Part shown: piece by piece, positions 54,637-64,000 of the stretch
Position numbering within the stretch: position 1 is the stretch's first letter
How the letters are laid out: every line of letters starts with the position of its first letter
From: a virus
Length of the DNA: 64,000 nt
IMG/VR virus record: IMGVR_UViG_3300045988_081670
Reading direction: 5' to 3' (one strand)
The notes under the pieces: model-generated
Told to the model about the DNA's origin: nothing
The model's input: the letters and a program-made list of their open reading frames with translations, nothing else
Database searches by the model: none
Position numbers and translations under genes: made by a program

Positions 54637-54710
54637 GGAGCTGATGGGGAACGATCCCACAACCTCCTGCTTGCAAAGCAGGTGCTCTAGCCAATTGAGC
54701 TACAGCCCCA
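54637..54710 (-). tRNA. tRNA-Ala (anticodon TGC), unusual T-loop ATCGTTC
   Basis: GGGGCTG TA GCTCAATTGGCTAGAGC A CCTGC TTTGCAA GCAGG AGGTT GTGGG ATCGTTC CCCAT CAGCTCC A. Confidence 0.65.
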
Positions 54711-55005
54711 GTGCTAGAATTTATCCTAATATTTTATTCTAATGGGTCTAAATTTCCGACACATGATTCATAACTTTCTTTACCATCAGAATCTCTTGTA
54801 ACAAAGTAATAGTCTTCATTAGTCTCGGACATTCCAATAAGAGTTACCTCTTTTCCTCTGAAATCCTTATATTTATCACCAATATGAGCTGTAAAATCCT
54901 TAAACCATTCTGGTAAATCTTCTCTATCTTTTACTTCATTAAAAGAGGAATAGATCTTTTCCCATTTTATATACCCATCCTTGTTATATTCTTTATATTC
55001 CATAG

Positions 55006-55079
55006 CGCACCCTGCAGGACTCGAACCTGCGACTTTCTGATTAACAGTCAGACGTTCTAACCAACTGAACTAAGAGTGC
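55006..55079 (-). tRNA. tRNA-Asn (anticodon GTT)
   Basis: GCACTCT TA GTTCAGTTGGTTAGAAC G TCTGA CTGTTAA TCAGA AAGTC GCAGG TTCGAGT CCTGC AGGGTGC G. Confidence 0.75.
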
Positions 55080-55273
55080 AAATCCACTATCGAGTTCCTC
55101 AAGCTCTTGTAATTGAATACAGATAGTGGTGGAAGGTTTCTAGATTACCTTCTAACTGACTATCTTCTGGCGTAGTCACATCCTTCTGTTATTATAGTGT
55201 ACAGATAGCACTGAGGAACGCAAGACCTGGGTAAGCATCAGGTCTCGAAACTAACTTCTGATAAGAAGTAGTG

Positions 55274-55345
55274 TATCGCCAACCAGATTCGAACTGGTGT
55301 TGCGACATTGAAAATGTCGAGTCCTAACCACTAGACGATAGCGAT
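55274..55345 (-). tRNA. tRNA-Glu (anticodon TTC)
   Basis: ATCGCTA TC GTCTAGTGGTTAGGAC T CGACA TTTTCAA TGTCG CAAC ACCAG TTCGAAT CTGGT TGGCGAT A. Confidence 0.7.
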
Positions 55346-55653
55346 AAAAGCAGAGTACAAACGAAAGGTATTTTTAGCAAAATAAGTTTAAATCGTAAAG
55401 TTTGCTGTAAGTACTCTTATTTTATTAAAAATAATATTTAAATGAAATGTCAGATAACAGAACACTTTTGTATTTCTAAAAATTATATAATAAAAATTGC
55501 TGTTAGTGTTCTTATCTATAAGATAAAATTATAAACCATCAGATAGCGTTTTGGTTGTTTATTTACTTCGGACAACCTCCGAATACTCAATTATAATAAA
55601 AATTATGTAAAATAAGTAATTTTGCTGTGCGCTATCTTGTTGGTGAAAAGTAG

Positions 55654-55726
55654 AGTCGTGAATGGGACTCGAACCCACCCATTTAGCTTGGAAGGCTAAC
55701 ATGCTAACCACTAACACCACCACGAC
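55654..55726 (-). tRNA. tRNA-Gly (anticodon TCC)
   Basis: GTCGTGG...TTAGC CTTCCAA GCTAA ATGGGT GGG TTCGAGT CCC ATTCACGAC. Confidence 0.6.
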
Positions 55727-57360
55727 ATAGGTTTTTATTAACTTCTTGTTCTCTCTTGTAAAATTGTATAGCAAAGATAGTATCTATGAAGAAAATTGCA
55801 AAATCAAATTCTGTTAAAATTTGTAAATTGATCTAAGTCAAGTTTTCATCATAAATACTATCTTAGTCTATAAAAGATTATATGTCAAAGACATATCTTT
55901 TGGACACTGACTACAACATCCATGCCATTCTCTCTTAAGAGTTTGATTGCTGCTTGTATATCAGGTCTTTTAAGTATGTCTTTGTGTCTTTTCTTATCAC
56001 GCCATTTATTGTGATATGCATTCACTTTCTTCTGGTATTCCTTATAAATCTCATTAAGCTTATGAAAATGAATAGGCTTATTAGGATTATTAAAGCAATA
56101 CAAGTCATCTCCAACTTGTTTTACAAGCCCAGAGTTGGAAAATGCAGTCCAGAATACTGGATTTGATGGTATTCCACAACTCTTAAACCCTTCTCGGATT
56201 GTATCACTTGTAAAAGGAGTTTTAGCCAGCTGATGGCGCAACGTATTTAATCCTACGATATGCGCCTCAGCGTCAAACTTCTTAGCCATTGATCTCCGCA
56301 TTATAGAGGTTTCGCATTTCTTCTACTAAGTCTGAGCACCAATCTATAGTGCGACCGTGATACTTAGAGAATAAATCCACGCCAAAGAAAGTTCTAGGCT
56401 GGATGTCGTGAATCTGGTTGTTCTTGTCAATTGTAATCTCCAATTCAAATGGGAGATTTACAACAGCCTTCTGCTGATTCTGACCAACCTGTGCATCTTT
56501 GTTTGTAGTGATAATAGCTTTAAAATTCTTTAACATAGAATTTTACCTCCCTAGCGAGGATTTATTAAGTCTAGGAAAAGTTACAGTCTTTGACTGTCAG
56601 TCAGTATAATTTTTCAAGCGGAGCTACTATTATTCACTCAAAACTATACAAAACTAGAAATACTTGTGAGAGTCATAGGTAGCTCTCAAGTTCACCTTTT
56701 TATTTAATTGAGAGGTGTAACTCAATTCTTTAGGAGCCTACTTTTTACACATCTTCTCAAAGACTTCTCTGAGAAGTTTGTTAGCATCCTCTTTGGTAAG
56801 ATGATTCCTCGTTTCTTTCATCTCCCTTTCAATTTCAGAAGATTTTGAGAGCATCTGTCCCATTTGTATGCTAATAGTAGCGTACCCTGCTAAAACTGAT
56901 GCAATAACCATTCTCTGCACTTCCTCAGGGAGCTCTTTAACACTCTCTTTAAAGCTACGGGTATCGCAGACAAGACCCTTTGCCACGGCTGAAGTTGCCT
57001 TATCTACAACCTCAGAACTGTACATTTTGTTTTCTTTTTCCATTTTTTTTTTCTTTAGTTAACTATACCAAATTTCTGGAATGTTTATCATTTTATTATA
57101 TGATTACAATTACTTCTATTTCAACTGCTGAGATTTGAATGTAAGATGTTCTAATTGCTGCAAGAAGTTTGAGCGAAGCTTTAAATCCCTGATGGTCTTC
57201 TATTTTTACTGCAGACTTTGCAACCTCGGTTACAAATTCTATTGCCTCTTCCTTAGAAAGAGTGCCGACTATTGATTCTCCGTTTGAGAAGAACTCAATA
57301 CCATTTGAACATTCAAAAATCTTTTTCATTTCTTTTCGTTTTTATTATTAATAACTGGAG

Positions 57361-57431
57361 ACTATCTGGGAGTCGAACCCAGGTGACTTAGCCAAGGCAT
57401 AGTATCCTAACCGTTAGATGAATAGTCTCTT
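57361..57431 (-). other. tRNA-like element with perfect acceptor stem (AGACTAT/ATAGTCT), D-loop-like segment and canonical T-arm (CTGGG TTCGACT CCCAG) but no foldable anticodon arm
   Basis: The middle segment ACTATGCCTTGGCTAAGTCACC cannot form a 5-bp stem with a 7-nt loop in any register. Confidence 0.35.
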
Positions 57432-60400
57432 ATAAATGGACACAAGAAATTCTAATAGCCTAAACTCTTATAATAAGGATAATTATTTCTTGCTTTGTTG
57501 AACATAGCACGGATGTTAGAACTTAGAAGTCTTTTATATTGGTCGACAATCATCTCATAAAGACTGAGATTTTCATCTATTCCAAATCCGTTACATCCAT
57601 ACTTATCCTCCCTATGCTCCTCCCAGAATGAAACTGGCTTGGTTACAAGTCCCCATATTCCTCCCAGATAAATCTGGTCAGGAGTCATACTTGAAATATC
57701 TAGTGTTCTAAATACTCCATAAGGACAAGGTCCAATATTCTCATTCTGGAATCCAGCTTCCCATGCATCCTTATGAATGTTCATAAGAGTGATGAGTGTG
57801 TTAGGTCCCTCGATTTTGTCGAGGAATCTCTGTCCTTCTAAACACTGCTTAGTGTAGATAGACATTTGCTTGAGGTTATTCTGAACCTCAGCTTTATGGA
57901 ACAATCTGTTCCAAATGTTATTCTTTCTCATGGTCCTCTAAATCTAAATTTAAAACTAGCAGCCAGATAATTATGCAAGCTGTAAATGCTATTGCTGTGA
58001 AAGCTTCGTGCCATATAAAGACACTAGCCCCTGCTAAGGCACACAAGCACACTAAAATGATTACCATAAGGATTCTTTCGATCTTTTTCATACTTTTCAC
58101 CTTTTATAAGTGAGAATACTTAGTGTACTCTCACTTTGATTATTTTCTTTACTATTCTATTCTTGTTCATAGATTCAAGAATTTGTCTCTCCATTTCCTC
58201 TTTAAAGAGTCCTCTTTTTGCAGTCCTAAACTGATAAGAGATAACAGTTTTCTCACCATCTACATTTATAAGAGTAGCGAGAACTTTAATGTCTGATGTG
58301 ATAAATAACATAATTACTTTGTTTTATTAATTGATTTAAAAAATTCATGTACAAACTCCAAATAGAAGCTTTCAACACTATTGTAACTTTCCTCAGTCAT
58401 TTCATTGACTGTGCACCAATAGTTATTTGCCCTTGATGCAGTAATACAATTGTTTGCTTCATCATAAATGATTTCAAGCATTTTTAACATATTTTCCTTT
58501 TTCATATCTACTTTGTTTTGTTTTGAACCCTATGTGAGTTACAACCTCACTACAATGCTTTTATTTAATAGGGATTTCTTTTCATTGCACAGAATATGCT
58601 ATTGGTGATACTACATTTTCGTAGTCTGCACATATTTCAAGAATTGAAGGAAAATAATCCTTGTTAACTGATTGACTACTCTTTACTGTGTAAATGTAAT
58701 ATCCATATCTATCTCTTTCTATATTAGTAATGGTGAAAGTTACTAAATCTATACTTCCAAACCAATTTCTAACATTAAAGGATTTACTCTTGTTAAGAGC
58801 GTTCATAATCTGTTCTTCAGAAAATTCTTTTGCGGATTTTGCATCAGATAATTTTCTATAATGACCTAATACAAATTCGTCACATGCTTTTACTTTTATT
58901 TCCATTTTTACTTTGTTTTTGTTTGTTCTCACTCTGAGTTCTAACCTCAGTACAATAGTTTTATTTAAGTGAGAATACTTTTTTTTAGGCAGTAACTTTT
59001 ATTCCGTTGTCCCGGAAAGTCTTTGCAATAGTAGTGTTAGGATTAATAATCCCACTCTTAACACTGTCACAAAAATCTTGGAGATTATTTTTAATCATCC
59101 AATCTACTGCCTTTCTCTGCTCTTCTGTAAGAGTCTGTAAAACTTCATTCATAATATTCGTTATTTTTAATATTCTATTTGAAATGCACGTCCCATAAAG
59201 TCATCTAACTCTTTGTCAGACCACGTTTTGAGTTCCTCATAGCTAAAGGACGTATTAGCTGCAAGGAACTCTATTACTTTTTCTCGCATATTGATTATGT
59301 TTTGATTTTAATATAATATCAGTCAGAGTTACTTCCATTTTCTTTTACTCAAAGAAAACCGAAGAACTCCTTCACGAAGAATGCATAAAGAATCGAAGTA
59401 GTTTTATATCGTGCCTCGGATATTGCTCGTCTTTCCGAGCGGTCGCTTTCTTTCAAGTTGTCACATCATCAGTTTATAACCTCGGTTGATGTTGCGGAGG
59501 TAACAATCAAAACAATTAAAACAATTAAAACAATGCTCAAAAGCTTCCTTACAGTTACCGCGTCATTATTTATACTTGTACGTGACTACAAGTTCTGCAA
59601 TTAGTTTCCAATGTGTACTTATAGTGTTACCACGTAAAGGTTTGCAGAATAACACCTAAAATTGACAAGTTTAGAATCCCGTATAGATCCTGCGCACATC
59701 TTGTCATAACGTTTCATTCATTTGCAACTGAATGGTGTCATCGAATTAAGGCCACTGACACTGGACCACCTTGCTATTTAACGTCTTGAATAGGCTAAGT
59801 GTGACGTTGTGTTTTACGGCTAAAACTTACTTTGACTTATAGTCTTTCAACACTGGTGTACGTGCTTCCTAATTTAATAGGTTTGTAAGAAACTGCCGTC
59901 CTCAACATCTTGGAAATACTGAACATAGTATCATGGCTTTTACATCCAATGCAATCCACAAGGTTAGATACTCCTTGCCACACTATGCAATATCTTTTAT
60001 ATTGAGTTTTTTAAAACGAAAATATTAATCAACCCATACACTATTAAATTGATAGCGTATGCTTTCGTTAGTACAAACAACTTCCAACCTTTTATCGTTT
60101 ATAGAAGTGATATAAAAGTTGTTTTCTCTCTCACAATACCACGAGAGAGAAAACATCGCGTTTCTACAATCCGACTTTGTTTCAAAGTCGAATATTATAG
60201 AGTGATGTCCACATACAACTTTAAAGTTGTGTTCTGCTTTAATTTCTCCGATTTTCATAATGTTGTTGTTTTAATTGTTAATCCTGACACTAAATAGTGT
60301 TTCGTCTTAATTTTCAAAGACTCATCAGAGGATTTTTAAAATTGCTCGTCTAGTTCCGAGTTGCCAATCACTCTTTATAGCCGTGATAATTCTACAGTTC

Positions 60401-61772
60401 TTGCTTAAAAATTTCTTTTAATAATCTTTCTGCATTTAAAAGAATATTAAGAGAATCAGTTTTTGACAATTTCGAGCTATATTCTTTTGTTGGAATAATA
60501 GACGTTATTAATGCGCTATTTATATTATCCGTTGTAGGATTGTCTAAAGCTTTGTAAGAAGCTAATATAGATGATGCACATGTTTCTATATTCCTGCATA
60601 AGATTTGATATATTTCTTCGTTCATGATAAAAAGGCGATTAACCTAAGTATCGCGAGGTTTTTAGTGGTTTATTTTACGATTGATACTCTAACCCAATAT
60701 GCGTCTTTTGAAAGACCTTCTGCAAATGTTGCCCAATTCTCTTCTGGACATTTTGCAATACATTGCAATCCTTCAAAGTTGATTAAGAGTTCACAAATTC
60801 TTTTTAGCTTTTTCATGAGCTCTTCTTGGTTATTACTTTCGTACCATACGTAATCAGAAGTTTCTGATTCGTCATTGTTTCTGAAATGAGTTGTTTTTAC
60901 TATTTTCATTTTCTTACTTTGTTTTGTTTCACAGACACAGAGCCATTATATGATCCTCAATACATTTCGCTCGGATTATATAGTTTCTCTCTGTGTTTCG
61001 TCCAGTCTCATCGGTGTGAATTTTAACGTCTCCTGGATGACGTTGTAAGGCTACCCTCTTACAATTAAATTCTAAATCGTCATTATAGTTTCTATATGAG
61101 GTACCATATCCATTATAATGATAGTTCCCATTAACGTGGTCGTAGCTATCTCTTACTCCTTTGCCACAGGAAGCCTCTCTTTAAGCACCGAGGTTATCGC
61201 TTTCCAAAATGTAGAGTCCTTTATCACTTACTATCCCCTCTACTAATTTTCATTCGGTATTTGTGAATAACCGCTAGAACACATCCTGTTAATAACTCTT
61301 CTTTGTGAAGAGAGAAAAAATCATCTGTCCTAGTGATGTTTTTTACTTTTTTGTGAAAGTTTAAATTGTCATAAATTTTTTAGTTTAACCTATACTACTA
61401 AAAAGGTTTTTGTAACTAAATTTTTGTTGACTTGTATATAATCCCAATAATGGGAAAATTTTTTCTATCTTTAGTTTTATGGAAAATGGTAGTGTGAGTG
61501 TGTGGGCAACTGCGCTCATAGCTCAAGCTCTTAAGAACTTCAATATTTTCAACCAATCTCCAATTCTCTTAATCATCCAGAAACCTTTCAATCCTCTATC
61601 ATAAAAAGTATCTGGATAAATTGATAGGAGATTACCATTATCTAACTTTAACAGTGAATCTCCTATCTTTTGACCTTTAACACATTTTATACTTAGATTT
61701 TCTCTCACTTTTCTTTTTGATAAGAAAGAAGTTAAGAGTTTTTACACTCTCAACTCCTTATCCTGCAAGAAA

Positions 61773-62234
61773 CTACTCAGCCAAATCTATGGTTGGAATA
61801 GTTGCGTTCATCAGACTGGTTGTGCCATAACGAAGAGTACGAACAGTTTTCACATCTGTAACCTTCACCTTCTTACCGGCGAGAAGTGCCATTGCCTCGT
61901 TTACTGAACCGGCTGAACGGAACAATTCTGCAGCTGTACCCTCAGTATGAACACGCTGATTCGTTGAGCTACCATCCTCGTTGTAGATAGTACGGCTCTT
62001 GGTGAACGTGGAAGGATAGAACTTCTTAGCATTACCGTTAACTTCGATGAAGATGTACTGAGCATGATTATCCCCAATCTTCTGATCGTAGACATCGTAT
62101 GAAGTTGGGAAAGTCCACTCGTCTCCAACCTCAAGATTGAGGTTCTCAAGTGAACGAACTGCTCCAGTAAAACCTGCGATCTTCTTGTCACCAGCTGCTT
62201 CTGCACGCTTAATCTCTACTGCTAATGTTGCCAT
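61773..62234 (-). CDS. hypothetical protein
   Basis: 153-aa ORF with comparatively GC-rich, well-formed codon usage. A nested ORF in another frame (61901..62206) is likely spurious. Confidence 0.45.
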   Translation of the reverse strand: MATLAVEIKRAEAAGDKKIAGFTGAVRSLENLNLEVGDEWTFPTSYDVYDQKIGDNHAQYIFIEVNGNAKKFYPSTFTKSRTIYNEDGSSTNQRVHTEGTAAELFRSAGSVNEAMALLAGKKVKVTDVKTVRTLRYGTTSLMNATIPTIDLAE

Positions 62235-62504
62235 GATCTTATAATCAATTACCTATACATTGAGAGGTTTTAAAAGTTAATAAAAAATTATATTCTCTTT
62301 TTAAGTGTGAGAAATATGATTTCACTCGGAACGTTAAGTTTTAGTCCATAACCAGTCCTTGTTTTACATCTGCCTGAAAGATGTGGTGCTCAAGTTATTT
62401 ATACACACGAGCCAAGAGTGTGTGACGTTGTTATACGCTAAGTAAGTATAGCTGTCTTATACACTTGGCTAGGTTATTTATGGTTGTATATGGCTAGGTT
62501 ATTT

Positions 62505-62615
62505 TCCTCTTCTTTTTTTTTTCTTCTTTCTCCCCTTTTCCTCCTTTCCTCCCCCCCCCTCCTTTTCCTTTTTACTCTCTTTTTTTTTTTCTTTCCTTTT
62601 ATTAGTTGTTTCAAT
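62505..62615. repeat. polypyrimidine (CT-only) low-complexity tract of about 110 nt, including a C8 run
   Basis: cctcttcttttttttttcttctttctccccttttcctcctttcctcccccccctccttttcctttttactctcttttttttttctttccttttatt is essentially free of A and G, unlike the rest of the window. Confidence 0.8.
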
Positions 62616-62617
62616 AG

Positions 62618-62660
62618 AAAAAAAAATCCCTTACTCCATCAAAAGACAGAGTAAGGGATT
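62618..62660 (-). terminator. intrinsic terminator (11-bp stem ATCCCTTACTC/GAGTAAGGGAT, 12-nt loop, U-run on the minus transcript)
   Basis: The plus strand reads aaaaaaaaatcccttactccatcaaaagacagagtaagggatt, downstream of minus gene 62697..63068. Confidence 0.65.
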
Positions 62661-63137
62661 TAGTAAGAGAATTTGAATTGAGAACGGCTTTAAGGGTTAA
62701 AAACTAAAGTAGAAAGTTGTATCCTCCAACGAATTGAAGAAGTCAACAACGGACTTGACGAAGTTCAATGTGCTCATAGCATCTTCCATATCAGTCGAGC
62801 ATAGAGTTGCCCACACCATAAGGCAATGTGCTGCATCCTTTGCAGGAATAGCACGAGAGTTTTTAATATTCATCCTCTTACGAAGATATGAATATTTCTC
62901 GTCAGTGTAGTCAGCTATGTCGCCCCACGTGTTAAACACGCTTTCTAAGAGAGTAAACCAACGTCCGTATATGTCAGAACGCAGTTCTTCGCCTGTGAAA
63001 GTGCAATATTGTTCGTCAAAGGAGTTAAGGGTAATAAACTCGCCATTTTGTTTGATTTTGAATGTCATAGTTGTATGATTTTTAAAAGTTAATATTAAAA
63101 GTAAAGCAGTTTAACGACTTGCTTGGGTCGTGCCGTG

Positions 63138-63593
63138 TTAGTCCTTGAAATCAAGGATTACCAAAGACGATGCAAATCTGCGTCCGTCCTTGGAGATAGC
63201 AACATAGGGTTGTCGTGAAACGGCAACTTTCTTATCCTTGCAGCCATCAACGATAGCCTTGAGAATTTCGCCGTTGGACTTACCCGACATTCTGCTGATA
63301 GTGTCCTTGACATAGTGGTTGAAGGTGCCGTTAGGCTCGAGGATTGAACCCTCTGCACTAACTTTCGCTTTGATAACCATACTAAGGAACATATCTCCGA
63401 TGGAGGTAATAAAAACGGGGGAAGTCGGTGCGTCAGCACCTACTTTTCCGTCGATTTCTGCCTGCTTGTAGGTAAATCCTGTTACAACAAAAGTAGCCCC
63501 TGGTTGGAAGGGGCTACCTCCCATTGAGATGGTAAAACTCTTGTTAGCAGCCTCAATCTTGTTGTCATCAGCTTTAACAAATCCTGTAAGCAT
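63138..63593 (-). CDS. hypothetical protein
   Basis: 151-aa ORF. A nested ORF 63158..63439 is likely spurious. Confidence 0.45.
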   Translation of the reverse strand: MLTGFVKADDNKIEAANKSFTISMGGSPFQPGATFVVTGFTYKQAEIDGKVGADAPTSPVFITSIGDMFLSMVIKAKVSAEGSILEPNGTFNHYVKDTISRMSGKSNGEILKAIVDGCKDKKVAVSRQPYVAISKDGRRFASSLVILDFKD

Positions 63594-64000
63594 AATATAA
63601 AATGTGTTAGGTCTGCGGTTGCATTAGTGAGCCGCCAAGTTTAGCTTGTTTCCTTGGAAACAAGCAAAGTCATTCGGTAGCTTAACGTCCGACCGAAAAC
63701 GGGACGCTTCGAGGTTACTATTCTTCGCCTCGGACGGCTGATGAAGCCGAATCGAATATTTATATAAATATTCTAAATATTTATAGTTGTCGAGTAACAA
63801 CTGGCTAGGTTTTCCACGAGTACGACCCAGGGGGTCGAACGGAGTGGTGGACTCTCCCATGTATAACATATAAAATTTTTAATTTTTGGACTCTCACATT
63901 TATAACACTTCAAAATTTTAGGATTCCGACAAATAGGGGGGGGGATAAAAAAAAAGCTAACCCAGATTACTCTGGATCAGCTTCAAATGATTCAATTGTT

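Noticed and set aside
59007-59198. Plus-strand 63-aa ORF
   Set aside because: Overlaps two short but well-formed minus-strand ORFs (about 56 aa ending at 59151 and about 40 aa at 59164..59288) that fit the local gene orientation.
1-64000. Genome-wide TGA-to-Trp (code 4) reassignment
   Set aside because: Long standard-code ORFs are abundant and several clearly terminate at TGA (for example ORF 270..473 and the recoded gene 29251..30204 itself). The single in-frame TGA at 25324 is better treated as a local anomaly.
1-64000. CRISPR arrays, integrase or attachment-site signatures of a prophage
   Set aside because: No direct-repeat-plus-spacer arrays and no tyrosine or serine recombinase motifs were seen. 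The tRNA 3'-end duplications are tandem and local, not flanking a large insert.

Overview
This is an AT-rich, densely packed stretch of a large dsDNA bacteriophage genome. Nearly every gene is on the minus strand, and the gene content suggests a host that is an anaerobic gut Bacteroidota.

Reading from 1 to 64000, the window contains, in order:
1. A nucleotide-metabolism and replication module: dUTPase, the anaerobic ribonucleotide reductase NrdD and its activase NrdG, two calcineurin-like metallophosphoesterases, a HAD nucleotidase, a Toprim primase, an SSB-like protein, a Sak4/AAA_24-like ATPase, a DnaB-family helicase, a GIY-YIG homing endonuclease, an SF2 DExH helicase and RNase H.
2. A GH25 lipoprotein endolysin.
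3. A block of four late-looking genes (27428-31481, minus strand) with no ordinary open reading frame, because together they carry about 33 in-frame TAG codons and no internal TAA or TGA. This is the signature of TAG sense-codon reassignment, probably to Gln (genetic code 15). A tRNA-like gene whose anticodon can be read as CTA sits 38 nt upstream of the block.
4. A phage-encoded OmpA-family protein and a standalone OmpR-type winged helix.
5. A flotillin (SPFH) plus NfeD operon.
6. A cluster of two amidoligases with a class-II glutamine amidotransferase.
7. An AAA+ ATPase paired with a vWA (possibly TROVE/Ro60-like) protein.
8. A peptidoglycan glucosaminidase.
9. A tRNA array of at least 15 tRNAs at 49.4-55.8 kb, interrupted by an HNH endonuclease, with further tRNAs scattered elsewhere.
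10. Several tRNA-like elements that have a T-arm and acceptor stem but no canonical anticodon arm.
11. A right-hand region of small genes that share a conserved leader motif, a GC-shifted non-coding island, and a roughly 100-nt polypyrimidine tract next to an intrinsic terminator.

The in-frame stop-codon readings in item 3 come from the printed sequence. Predicted products were inferred from sequence motifs alone. No homology search was run, so family assignments are hypotheses to confirm with HHpred or BLAST.
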